A DNA stretch of 64,000 bases from Prochlorococcus sp. AG-402-O16 (GCA_003216415.1 QCIY01000010.1:666-64665), one strand, 5' to 3'; positions 32,798-41,957 are shown, numbered from the stretch's first letter. Program-made: numbers and translations. The notes: generated by a model not told the origin, from the letters alone.

Positions 32798-32868
32798 CAA
32801 ATTTTTGATGTTTTTCTTTACATAGTATTTAGCAATATAATTTAAATAGAATTGCAAAATGATTTTAG

Positions 32869-33057
32869 ATGAGCGTAAATAGAGTCTGTTTTAATTGTGG
32901 AAGTTCTTCATTCGTCTCAGATCGATCTTTAGGAGGTAGGATTGTGTGCTCTAAATGTGGATCTTCTTTATTTAAAAATAAATCCTCTTCATTTTTAAAA
33001 AGTAAAAAATTAGTATTTCTTGCTATTGCGATAGCTATTTTTATAATTGTTATTTAG
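32869..33057 (+). CDS. Small zinc-ribbon protein with C-terminal TM anchor
   Basis: CFNC...CSKC plus hydrophobic C-terminus. Confidence 0.7.
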   Translation: MSVNRVCFNCGSSSFVSDRSLGGRIVCSKCGSSLFKNKSSSFLKSKKLVFLAIAIAIFIIVI

Positions 33058-33838
33058 ATAATCTGTTTATATTCCAAATTCCATTATTTTTTGTTACTTC
33101 TACTTGAATACCATATAACTTGTTAAGATTTTCACTATTTATAATCTTATTTTGATTTCCATCAGCGATTATCTTGCCATCTTTTAGCATTATTACTCGG
33201 TCATAAATTTTTGTAATCGTTGAAATATCATGAGTTACGCATAAAATTTTGGTATTTAATTTTGATAAGTCATTAATCTTATCTACTACAAAAAACTTTG
33301 ATTTATAATCTAAATTTGCAATTGGTTCATCTAGGATTAATATATCTGGTTTTTTGATTAACGCCCTAGCAATGAGAGAAATTTGTTTTTCCCCATCAGA
33401 TAAATACGAAAAAAATTTGTTAGATATATTTGATATATTCATTTTTTTTATAATACTTTCAACGTTATATAGATCTTTTTCTGATTTATTTGATACGTAA
33501 CAATATCTTCCATATAGTCCACTTAAAATTAAATCAAAAACTTTTAGGTTTGGATTTATTCTATTCTTGATATCGTTATTTACGGTACTTATTCTTTCCC
33601 TTAGTTCCCATATATTTATGAGTTCTTTGTTAAACATCTTTAGTTTTGATTCGTTAGCTATTACTGGGTATATGTTTCTATTAATTGTTTCTATTAAAGA
33701 CGATTTACCTGAACCATTAGGTCCAATTAATATTACATTCTCTGAATAGGCTATCTTTAAATTTAAATCTTTGATTACTCTAAAACCACCTTTGAAACAA
33801 TTTATATTTTTCGCCTCAAACCAAAACTTATTAACCAC
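33050..33838 (-). CDS. ABC transporter ATP-binding protein
   Basis: GPNGSGKSS, LSDGEKQ, LILDEP, VTHD. Confidence 0.9.
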   Translation of the reverse strand: MVNKFWFEAKNINCFKGGFRVIKDLNLKIAYSENVILIGPNGSGKSSLIETINRNIYPVIANESKLKMFNKELINIWELRERISTVNNDIKNRINPNLKVFDLILSGLYGRYCYVSNKSEKDLYNVESIIKKMNISNISNKFFSYLSDGEKQISLIARALIKKPDILILDEPIANLDYKSKFFVVDKINDLSKLNTKILCVTHDISTITKIYDRVIMLKDGKIIADGNQNKIINSENLNKLYGIQVEVTKNNGIWNINRLSK

Positions 33839-33942
33839 TAAAACTTATTGCTCCAAAATATAATCAATTGAATTGAGCTTAAAATAAATATAAAAAGATA
33901 AAGCCAATTCAACCATGAAGGTCTATTTACTTTCTTCATAAA

Positions 33943-35265
33943 TTATATTATTAACATAAAAAATATAAGTGGAGCAGCGAATCTTAAAAATGTTTTTCTA
34001 ATAATATCTATATTATTTATAATTTCTAATTTTTTTATCTCTGGAGGATATTTCAATATAACTTTGTCGTATACATTAGGATTTTGGGCTTTATTAATAT
34101 TTTTCCATGGTTCATCTTTATCTTCAGATTTCTTGTACCATTTCCAAAAGTAATTTATTATTCTGTCTTCTCCCAATAATTTTATTTCATCTTTACTTAT
34201 AAACCCCATATTGTGATTATATGTTTGCGTTTTTAAAATCATATAATCCTCATCAAATATCTTATAAAAAATTTTTCTTTGATTCTCTTTAAATAACATG
34301 AGGTTATTAAGAAGTTTATTTTTTAAAAATTTCCTGTAGTGTCTTACTATTACTCTTGCTTTGTTATCTCCTAGTGGAATATGGTCTAAAACTTGTAAAT
34401 ATCTAGCTAAAGAAGGATCCCCCTTATAAATTAATATCCTTCCAGGTGGCATGTATTTTATTCGGATAAATTCTTTTGTAGAGTCATTCTTGTAGTAATA
34501 AATACTTTCAATGTATTTGGGAGTAACATTAATTTTCTGATTAAAACTAACTAGTACGTTTTTATTAACATCTTTATCAGGGATTGTATCCCCGTGAACC
34601 CAAAAAAGATGAAGGATATCTAAGTGATTTTCAATTATCCTTGACCAATCACATTTAAAGTCAACTAATACCTCTTCAGATACATAGTCCTCAATTGAAA
34701 AACCATTATCAGATAATTCGTAGTTACTTATAGGTGAATCTTCGCTTGTATTGTTTAAATCAGTTTCAGATTTTTTAGAAAAATGTACAAAAATATATCC
34801 ATTTTTTTCTAAAGCTTTGTATTGAGATAAGTGGATTCTTTTGGCGTAGTTATCGTAGTTATTATCAACTATGTGACTGCATGTTATTCTATCGAGATTT
34901 TGGCAACTTCCACTAGATGAGAATTTAGCTCCATGATATGGACAAGTTATTACTCCATCTGATAAAGTTCCCCCAAAAAAGGAGGCTCCCCTATGTGGAC
35001 AAATATTTTTAATGCATCTAACATTTTTATTCTCATCTCTATAAATAACAAGAGGCTCATCATAGAGTGAAAAATAATGTAGCTTATTTTTTTTTAGTTC
35101 TTTTGAGGGACAAATTGCATACCAACCAAATAAACCTATTTTTAATTCATTTTGATTTTCTCTAATATCTAACGAGTCAATTTTTACTACCGTTCCTTTT
35201 TTAAATGGCTTAAGAACGGTATTAAAGTCTTGTGATTTAAAAAAATTAATTTGTCTGTTATCCAT
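33943..35265 (-). CDS. cao: Rieske non-heme iron oxygenase, probable chlorophyllide a oxygenase
   Basis: CPHRG...CPYHG Rieske motif and ENHLDILH...VH mononuclear Fe motif; CAO call rests on recalled Prochlorococcus context. Confidence 0.6.
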   Translation of the reverse strand: MDNRQINFFKSQDFNTVLKPFKKGTVVKIDSLDIRENQNELKIGLFGWYAICPSKELKKNKLHYFSLYDEPLVIYRDENKNVRCIKNICPHRGASFFGGTLSDGVITCPYHGAKFSSSGSCQNLDRITCSHIVDNNYDNYAKRIHLSQYKALEKNGYIFVHFSKKSETDLNNTSEDSPISNYELSDNGFSIEDYVSEEVLVDFKCDWSRIIENHLDILHLFWVHGDTIPDKDVNKNVLVSFNQKINVTPKYIESIYYYKNDSTKEFIRIKYMPPGRILIYKGDPSLARYLQVLDHIPLGDNKARVIVRHYRKFLKNKLLNNLMLFKENQRKIFYKIFDEDYMILKTQTYNHNMGFISKDEIKLLGEDRIINYFWKWYKKSEDKDEPWKNINKAQNPNVYDKVILKYPPEIKKLEIINNIDIIRKTFLRFAAPLIFFMLII

Positions 35266-35428
35266 AAATTAATTTCTTTTTTAATTGACTGTTTATCTTT
35301 GGAAACTATAACCCAAGTAAATAATCAATTTCTCATAAAAAAAAAATTCTCTATTATTTGTAGCAATAATTAAGTTGTTCTTGAAAAATATTGAGTCCCT
35401 TTCGTATTTATGTATCTTTATTTCATGT

Positions 35429-35617
35429 TTATTGTATCTTTTGTGATTCCTTCAGATTTCTTATGTAATCAATAGCATCATCAATATTTTTGTGGAAATT
35501 GCACTGACCCAAATAACAACCTATAAATCTTAAGAATTTTCTCTTGCCACCACTAATTTCATATCTATGTATTGTTCCGCCATCTATAGGAGCATAAATA
35601 AGTTCTGGTAATGCCAT
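35429..35617 (-). CDS. Small hypothetical protein
   Basis: 62 aa with higher GC than flanks, protein-like composition. Confidence 0.7.
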   Translation of the reverse strand: MALPELIYAPIDGGTIHRYEISGGKRKFLRFIGCYLGQCNFHKNIDDAIDYIRNLKESQKIQ

Positions 35618-35981
35618 ATTAACTTTGTATGTATTAATTAATTAAACAATAATTCATGTTCAAATACATTTCCATAGTTCATCCATATATTTAATAATTA
35701 ATTTAATTATTTTTGGATAATTATTTATTGAACAACAAAGTATTATCTGTTATCTATGAATTATTGAGAGGGATTTTTCATTATGCCAAAAGTATTTAGG
35801 CGTTTTTTAAAAAAACTACCAAAAAAAATTCAAACTATTAAATACTCATTTAGAGAGTTTTTATCTTCCAAAATATGAAAAAGCTGTTTAGGCTAAAAAT
35901 TTTAAATTTCAATATTTTAATAAATCATATTAGGCACAGATAAATTTTAAACTATATTAAATTTGCAATTTATGAAATATT

Positions 35982-36323
35982 ATGATCAAAAGAGCTTTTA
36001 CGATATTTGTTTTAACTTTGCTGCTTCTTTTTAGTAGTCCAGTTTACTCATTAGATACTTCCTCTAAAAATCTTGAAAAGTATACAAAAAAGATTTCTAA
36101 TAAGTTCACTAGAACTTACTGCAATACTACCAAATTTGGTATTTCTTATGAAGGAGCTTTGGCATTTTCCATTGGAGAGACTAATAAAGAATTTAAAAAT
36201 AATAAACTCAATAAGTTGATAGATTATTCCCTGCTAAAAAATTCAATAGTTAATGATTTAGAAAATAATTGCATGGTTTATGATTTTGATATTAGTAGTC
36301 TAGAAAATTTAAAATTTAATTAA
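35982..36323 (+). CDS. Secreted hypothetical protein
   Basis: Signal peptide; two Cys. Confidence 0.65.
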   Translation: MIKRAFTIFVLTLLLLFSSPVYSLDTSSKNLEKYTKKISNKFTRTYCNTTKFGISYEGALAFSIGETNKEFKNNKLNKLIDYSLLKNSIVNDLENNCMVYDFDISSLENLKFN

Positions 36324-36344
36324 AAAATGTAAATTGTTAAAGTC

Positions 36345-36527
36345 TTATTTTTTACCAATCCAATCATTAGGTTTTTCCATCATCCATTCGAAAACTCCCT
36401 TAGCATCAAGGTTTTTAGATGCATAAACAAATAAAATTGGAAATATTAAAATTACAACCCCAATAACTACTAACTCTAATTTACCGATCCCTATCTCAGT
36501 TACAGTTAATGCAAAATAATTAATCAT
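36345..36527 (-). CDS. Small membrane protein
   Basis: 60 aa, one TM segment, W-containing tail. Confidence 0.6.
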   Translation of the reverse strand: MINYFALTVTEIGIGKLELVVIGVVILIFPILFVYASKNLDAKGVFEWMMEKPNDWIGKK

Positions 36528-36699
36528 TATATTTATTGAATTAAAATTTATTTCTACATAATTTATAAAAAATTTTTAGTTTTTTCACTTTTTTATAAAA
36601 AATCTTAATTGTTTATAGTGAAAGATATTTGTATAAAGTACCTATTTTATAGATGCAAAATTTTTAATAATTTGAATAATATGCTTCTATTTGATGGTT

Positions 36700-36843
36700 A
36701 TGAATTATGAAATTATTATTGTCACACCTATTTTTGCAGTAATGATTGGATTTATAGTTTTTACAATTTTAAAAAAAAGGAAGAGATCAGCTAAAAGTAT
36801 TTATAAATTAATAGATGATTTAGAAAAAAAATACATATATTAA
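36700..36843 (+). CDS. 47-aa single-TM microprotein (not in ORF track)
   Basis: MNYEIIIVTPIFAVMIGFIVFTILKKRKRSAKSIYKLIDDLEKKYIY; alternative ATG at 36694. Confidence 0.45.
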   Translation: MNYEIIIVTPIFAVMIGFIVFTILKKRKRSAKSIYKLIDDLEKKYIY

Positions 36844-36865
36844 TCTCTTTTGTAAGAAAAAAGGA

Positions 36866-37162
36866 TTAGTCAAATTCTATACCAACTTCTTCTTTTAAAT
36901 CTCTGTCCAAATCTGGAAGATGAGGTTCAACCCAATGATCTTTGTTATCAATACCAGCAGCATTTACATAATTCATAATGTGTTGATCCACTTGCTTGTA
37001 AAGATCATGCAAATTTAAATCCATACGAATATCATGTGCAATTTCAGAAACTTGTTTTTCTGTTAAACAATGATCTGGATGTAGTAAATCACAACATGGA
37101 ATTCTCTTTTCAATCAATTCATTTAAATTGATTTTTATTTCATAATCTTGATGGACAGTCAT
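36866..37162 (-). CDS. Hypothetical protein with CCxxxHPxHC motif
   Basis: 98 aa, His/Cys/Asp-rich. Confidence 0.75.
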   Translation of the reverse strand: MTVHQDYEIKINLNELIEKRIPCCDLLHPDHCLTEKQVSEIAHDIRMDLNLHDLYKQVDQHIMNYVNAAGIDNKDHWVEPHLPDLDRDLKEEVGIEFD

Positions 37163-37255
37163 TGATTTTGTATCTCTAAATTTATTCTAATTATGTTTAA
37201 GTTTTTGTATATCTTTAGTCAAGAAACAAAGTTCTTAAATACCTATGCAGTAATT

Positions 37256-37411
37256 TTAAATAAATAGATCTTCCAAGTCTTTATACAAATCATCATTCTC
37301 TTTTTGCTTTTCTACAGGGTCATGGTGATCTAATGAAAGTTCTTTTTTTGAGTTGTAGAAAAGATATCCAAGGGCTCCTAAAATTAAGGTTGTTGGTAAA
37401 ATCATTAGCAT
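37256..37411 (-). CDS. 51-aa single-TM microprotein (not in ORF track)
   Basis: MLMILPTTLILGALGYLFYNSKKELSLDHHDPVEKQKENDDLYKDLEDLFI. Confidence 0.55.
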   Translation of the reverse strand: MLMILPTTLILGALGYLFYNSKKELSLDHHDPVEKQKENDDLYKDLEDLFI

Positions 37412-37436
37412 TTAATTGACTTATAATGAATATAGT

Positions 37437-37462
37437 GCAACACTTATTACAGTCAAGTGCTG
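37437..37462. repeat. Inverted AAGTGYTG motif pair upstream of RHH gene
   Basis: CAACACTT-N9-AAGTGCTG; GCAACACTTATTA is the reverse complement of 37877-37889. Confidence 0.55.
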
Positions 37463-37480
37463 AACTTTAATTATTTTTAA

Positions 37481-37879
37481 ATGCCTACCAAGAAAAAAAG
37501 AGTTGGGTTTATTCCAAGAGAAGATGTTATGAGAATAATTGATAAGTTGAGCATAGAAAATAATTTAAGTAATTCAAAAATAATAAGTATTTTGGTAGAG
37601 GAAGCACTTGCTATAAGAGGTATATTTAATAAAAAAAATGGTAAAGTAACTCAATCATATCAACTTTCTAATGATCATTCACAATACTTATCTGATAATT
37701 CTGCTGACTTTATAGATAATGCAAAAATCTCAATTAATACTAAATTAGAAAATCATTTTACTCCTATTGAATCAACCCATTTAAATGAAGCAAATCAGGA
37801 GACTTTTGACTTACAAACTTATAAAAAGTTTTTATTATTCCTTAAATTTCAGGAAATGAATGATAAATATCATACTTAA
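37481..37879 (+). CDS. Ribbon-helix-helix (CopG/Arc-like) domain protein
   Basis: KRVGF strand, EDVMRIIDKLS helix, turn, NSKIISILVEEAL helix. Confidence 0.7.
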   Translation: MPTKKKRVGFIPREDVMRIIDKLSIENNLSNSKIISILVEEALAIRGIFNKKNGKVTQSYQLSNDHSQYLSDNSADFIDNAKISINTKLENHFTPIESTHLNEANQETFDLQTYKKFLLFLKFQEMNDKYHT

Positions 37880-37898
37880 TAAGTGTTGCTAAGTGCTG
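37877..37898. repeat. Tandem AAGTGYTG motifs downstream of RHH gene
   Basis: AAGTGTTG (37881-37888) and AAGTGCTG (37891-37898), 10-bp period. Confidence 0.55.
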
Positions 37899-38007
37899 TA
37901 CTGTGCGTTAAATTTAATTTGTATTTATGGGAGATATGCATATTAGAAATTATTTAACACCATTTCTAAAAAACTAAATTCAATTTATCTATAAAATAGT
38001 TATTCCT

Positions 38008-38322
38008 ATGAGCTCATCTCTCCCAGTTTTATCTGTAAATCTACTTCCTCCAGACAAGTTATATTGTAATTTTAGTCATTGGAGTTCCTTGTTCTCTCAA
38101 GATATGCAAATTCTATGGGATAGAGCCCATGGAGTACCTTTAGAAAAACTGCCAAAAGGTATTTCTGATATGATTTTTCCATATTTATTGCTTGCACTTT
38201 CTGACTATAAGACTACTCAAATAAATAAAATGAATGGAATAGGATTAGACAATCTATTAAGCCTTTGGTTTGATAAGTACTTATTAAATAAAAATGGTTA
38301 CTTCGAGCTAATTAAAAAATAA
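38008..38322 (+). CDS. Hypothetical protein
   Basis: 104-aa ORF in AT-rich islet, protein-like composition. Confidence 0.65.
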   Translation: MSSSLPVLSVNLLPPDKLYCNFSHWSSLFSQDMQILWDRAHGVPLEKLPKGISDMIFPYLLLALSDYKTTQINKMNGIGLDNLLSLWFDKYLLNKNGYFELIKK

Positions 38323-38671
38323 TATTTAAAATTAGTTCTTTTAATTTCAAATTTAATTGCCATGAAATTTATTGTGTCTAAAAACTTTTTAAGTTATTTT
38401 TTCGAATTGGCACATCAATAGTCTTGCTATAAATAAATTAAATGGTTTGATGATGATTTCTCTAATTTTTTTAGCAAATATGTATATTGTCGTTTTTATA
38501 ATGCTAATTAGTAGAGATTTGAAATTAAGAAAAGCATGATAAATGAAATTTAATTCAAAGACTCTGAGCTTGATATTAAATCTATTATTTTGCTTGTTAA
38601 TATTTATTATCTAAATTTTTATTCTTTATTCATTAATTTTCAAAAAATTCAAAATTAATATTCAAATTTTG

Positions 38672-38700
38672 TTGACTTTTTTTGTTAATGCGATGATAAT
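38672..38700 (+). promoter_or_regulatory. Putative sigma70-type promoter
   Basis: TTGACT-N17-GATAAT upstream of GTG 38722. Confidence 0.4.
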
Positions 38701-38721
38701 GACAAAAATAAATTTTTGATT

Positions 38722-38895
38722 GTGAATCCTCTTTCAGATACTTTTGATGATTTTGTTGATGATCTACTTTCATCAGATGTCAATTTGTTGAAAGGGGAAC
38801 TTGATTTTCTGCTTATGCAACATTTATTTAATTCAATTGATTTGAAGCTTATAAATAAAACTGAACTTGAAGATAACGAATCATTAGTTGCTTAA
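38722..38895 (+). CDS. 57-aa acidic microprotein (not in ORF track)
   Basis: GTG start; MNPLSDTFDDFVDDLLSSDVNLLKGELDFLLMQHLFNSIDLKLINKTELEDNESLVA. Confidence 0.5.
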   Translation: MNPLSDTFDDFVDDLLSSDVNLLKGELDFLLMQHLFNSIDLKLINKTELEDNESLVA

Positions 38896-39156
38896 TTTTT
38901 TCATGAAATTCTTGTATGAAAAAATTTGGGTCCCTGTTTTTGGCAATATACTATCCAAATTTATTTTTTTAATAGAAGGTAAAAAGCCAGAATCTAAGAA
39001 TAAAAAAAAAAGAGAATGATTCATTTTCGTTTTCATAAAGTGTCTTTAAATACATAATTAAAGTCAATATATTTTGATAACAACAAATGATATGCTTTTT
39101 ATTTATGAATATATGCATTGTTGAAATATAAACTAATTACTTTTTAGATAATAAAT

Positions 39157-39336
39157 ATGAACAAAATTAATACTTTAAAACCATATACCGTTCATTATCG
39201 TGATTTTCAAAATATAAGATTAGAAAATTGTTTTTATGCTTTTGATGCTTACGAAGCAAGAACACTAGCGATGGAATTTAATAAGTATATAAGTGAGCAT
39301 CCTAATAGTATTGATCTTATTAGATGTGAAAAATGA
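39157..39336 (+). CDS. 59-aa hypothetical microprotein (not in ORF track)
   Basis: MNKINTLKPYTVHYRDFQNIRLENCFYAFDAYEARTLAMEFNKYISEHPNSIDLIRCEK. Confidence 0.7.
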   Translation: MNKINTLKPYTVHYRDFQNIRLENCFYAFDAYEARTLAMEFNKYISEHPNSIDLIRCEK

Positions 39337-39370
39337 TAAAAGATTGTTTAATTATATAAAAATAATCTAT

Positions 39371-40081
39371 TTAAACACTTAAGAACTTGTCAATAACTGA
39401 TTGACTTAACTCACTAGTATTTCCACTCGCAACAATGCCACCGCGTTGCATAGCGTAATATCTGTTTGCTTGCCTAACAAAATGCAAGTGTTGTTCAACT
39501 AATAAAACACCAATTCCAGTATCTCTAATTATCTGATTGATGGCATTTTCAATATCTAATACTATATTTGGCTGTATACCTTCCGTAGGTTCGTCAAGTA
39601 ATAGTATTTGTGGTTTGCCCAACAATGCTCTCGCAATTGCTAGTTGTTGTTGTTGACCTCCGCTGAGATCTCCTCCTTTCCTTTGAAGAAAGTCTTTTAG
39701 GATTGGAAACAAGTCATAAATAAATGGATCTATTTTCTTGTTCTTAGATAATCCACCTGGCAGAGATTCCATTCCTAGCATTAGGTTCTCTTCAACTGAT
39801 AAGTAAGGAATAATTTCTCTTCCTTGAGGAACGTAAGCCATTCCTTTTCTAGCCCTCTGATGAGGTGCCTTTCTATTAATATTTTCTCCAATTAAAAAAA
39901 TATCTCCTGTTTTTTGCTTTAACAAACCAATAAGTGATTTCAATAAAGTTGTTTTGCCTACTCCATTTCTTCCAATTAAACAAACCATTTCTCCTGATTT
40001 AACATTTAAATCTACATCTCTGAGAATATGACTCTCGCCATAGTAAGTATTTAATGATTTAATTTCCAGTAAATTTTCCAT
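39371..40081 (-). CDS. urtE: Urea ABC transporter ATP-binding subunit
   Basis: GRNGVGKTT, LSGGQQQQL, DEPTEGIQP; last gene of the urt operon. Confidence 0.95.
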   Translation of the reverse strand: MENLLEIKSLNTYYGESHILRDVDLNVKSGEMVCLIGRNGVGKTTLLKSLIGLLKQKTGDIFLIGENINRKAPHQRARKGMAYVPQGREIIPYLSVEENLMLGMESLPGGLSKNKKIDPFIYDLFPILKDFLQRKGGDLSGGQQQQLAIARALLGKPQILLLDEPTEGIQPNIVLDIENAINQIIRDTGIGVLLVEQHLHFVRQANRYYAMQRGGIVASGNTSELSQSVIDKFLSV

Positions 40082-40083
40082 AG

Positions 40084-40833
40084 CTAATCCTCGGGTCTTC
40101 CTAAATAAACATCAATAACTTTTTTGTCTTTTTGTATGGTTTCCATCGTCCCCTCACACAATACTGTACCTTGATTTAATACTGAAACATTACTATCAAG
40201 TCTTCTTATGAATTCCATATCATGATCTATTACAACAACAGTATTCTCTCCAGATAAGGATTTTAATAAATCAGCAGTAAGATCAGTCTCTTCATCAGTT
40301 AAGCCAGCGACGGGTTCATCTACAAGCATTAAATCTGGCTTCTGTCCTACTAACATTGCTATCTCGAGCCATTGTTTTTGACCATGTGATAAAGATCCAG
40401 CTTTTGAATCAACTTTTTGAGCTAAATTAACAATTTTCATAAGACGTTCAATCTCATTAAGCTGCTCATCCTTAATATTTTTATTTATAAGGTTTAAGGG
40501 ACTTTTAGGAGTTGTCACTGATATTTCAAGATTTTCTTTTACTGTTAGATTTTCAAAGATTCTTGGACTTTGGAACTTTCTTCCAACTCCAAGCCTGGCT
40601 ATTTTATGCTCCTTTCTACCTACTAAAGATTTTCCTTTAAAAATTACTTCACCATTTGTTGGCTTAACCTTTCCAGTTATTACATCAAGAAATGTTGTTT
40701 TACCTGCGCCATTGGGCCCTATTACAGCTCTTAATTCCCCTTTCTTTAAATTTAAATTTAGTTTGTTAAGAGCTAAAAAACCCTCGAAACTAACAGTAAT
40801 ATCTATTAAATTTAGAAGATCTTTATTATTCAT
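40084..40833 (-). CDS. urtD: Urea ABC transporter ATP-binding subunit
   Basis: GPNGAGKTT, LSHGQKQWLEIAM, HDM. Confidence 0.95.
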   Translation of the reverse strand: MNNKDLLNLIDITVSFEGFLALNKLNLNLKKGELRAVIGPNGAGKTTFLDVITGKVKPTNGEVIFKGKSLVGRKEHKIARLGVGRKFQSPRIFENLTVKENLEISVTTPKSPLNLINKNIKDEQLNEIERLMKIVNLAQKVDSKAGSLSHGQKQWLEIAMLVGQKPDLMLVDEPVAGLTDEETDLTADLLKSLSGENTVVVIDHDMEFIRRLDSNVSVLNQGTVLCEGTMETIQKDKKVIDVYLGRPED

Positions 40834-41957
40834 TATTTTTTCTCCTTATTATTAATTTCTAAGCTTGGATAGGTTTCAATCTTCCTTTTTAAACCAAATC
40901 TTTGAAGAAGATTCCTAGGACCATCTCCTTGAATCCATCCTAAAACTCCTTCTGGCAGAGCTGTTACAACTAAGATAAATAACCCTCCTTGAATAAACAT
41001 CCAGCTTGCCGGTAAAGCTTCACTTACTAGACTTTTCGCATAGTTGATGAACACTGCTCCAAGTATCGCTCCCAATAAAGTCCCTCTGCCTCCAACTGCA
41101 ACCCATATAACCATTTCTATAGAAAAGGGAACTGTCATAAATTGAGGTGATACTATTCCAGACTGAACAGTATATAAAGCTCCCGAAATTCCAGCGAGAG
41201 CCCCAGCAATAGAAAATATTATCGTCTTGAATATCACAGGGTTGTATCCTGTAAATCTGACTCTTGGTTCGTCATCTCGAATGCCTATAAGAATATTCCC
41301 AAATCTCCCTTTAACCACCCACTTTGCAAAAAACCATGATGCTATTACTAGGATGGCAGTAACCCAAAAAAACATTCTTTGCATGGATTCAGAACCTACC
41401 ATCTGACCAAATAGTTGTGTTACATCTGTTTTTAATCCATTTGTTCCATTTATTAGTTTTTGTTGTCCATTAAAAAAGTTAAAGAATACAAGAAGAGAAG
41501 CTTGAGTAAGTATAGAAAAATATACCCCTTTGATTCTATTCCTGAAAACAAGAAATCCAATTAAACCTGCAACTAATGCTGGAATTGTCCAGATAGCGAA
41601 GAAGGTGAAAACTGGTGATCTAAAAGGTTCCCAGAAAAAAGGTAATTTTTCTACACCATATAAAGCAAAAAATTCAGGAATATTATTTGGAAATTCAGAG
41701 GAGCTGGTTATTTGCAAATACATTGCTGCACAATATCCACCCAGTGCAAAAAATATACCTTGTCCAAGACTTAGTAAACCTGTATATCCCCAGATAAGAT
41801 CAACTCCAAGAGCAACTATTGACAAGGATAAGTATCTACCTAGAAGATTTAGTCTAAATACAGGGAGTAGAGTTGGTGCTGCAATAATTAAGGCTATTAA
41901 TATTATCCAAAATGTTAATATTATTTTTTTATCAAATTTAATTTTACTTAAGGACAT
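40833..41957 (-). CDS. urtC: Urea ABC transporter permease
   Basis: DLIWGYTGLLSLGQG, IRDDEPRVRFTGY. Confidence 0.95.
   Translation of the reverse strand: MSLSKIKFDKKIILTFWIILIALIIAAPTLLPVFRLNLLGRYLSLSIVALGVDLIWGYTGLLSLGQGIFFALGGYCAAMYLQITSSSEFPNNIPEFFALYGVEKLPFFWEPFRSPVFTFFAIWTIPALVAGLIGFLVFRNRIKGVYFSILTQASLLVFFNFFNGQQKLINGTNGLKTDVTQLFGQMVGSESMQRMFFWVTAILVIASWFFAKWVVKGRFGNILIGIRDDEPRVRFTGYNPVIFKTIIFSIAGALAGISGALYTVQSGIVSPQFMTVPFSIEMVIWVAVGGRGTLLGAILGAVFINYAKSLVSEALPASWMFIQGGLFILVVTALPEGVLGWIQGDGPRNLLQRFGLKRKIETYPSLEINNKEKK

Noticed and set aside
35783-35878. 31-aa basic ORF after a GAGAGGGA stretch
   Set aside because: Lys-rich composition is explained by A-runs; too short to support without conservation data
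38450-38614. Hydrophobic 29-aa and 23-aa ORFs
   Set aside because: T-rich DNA yields such ORFs by chance; no RBS or other support
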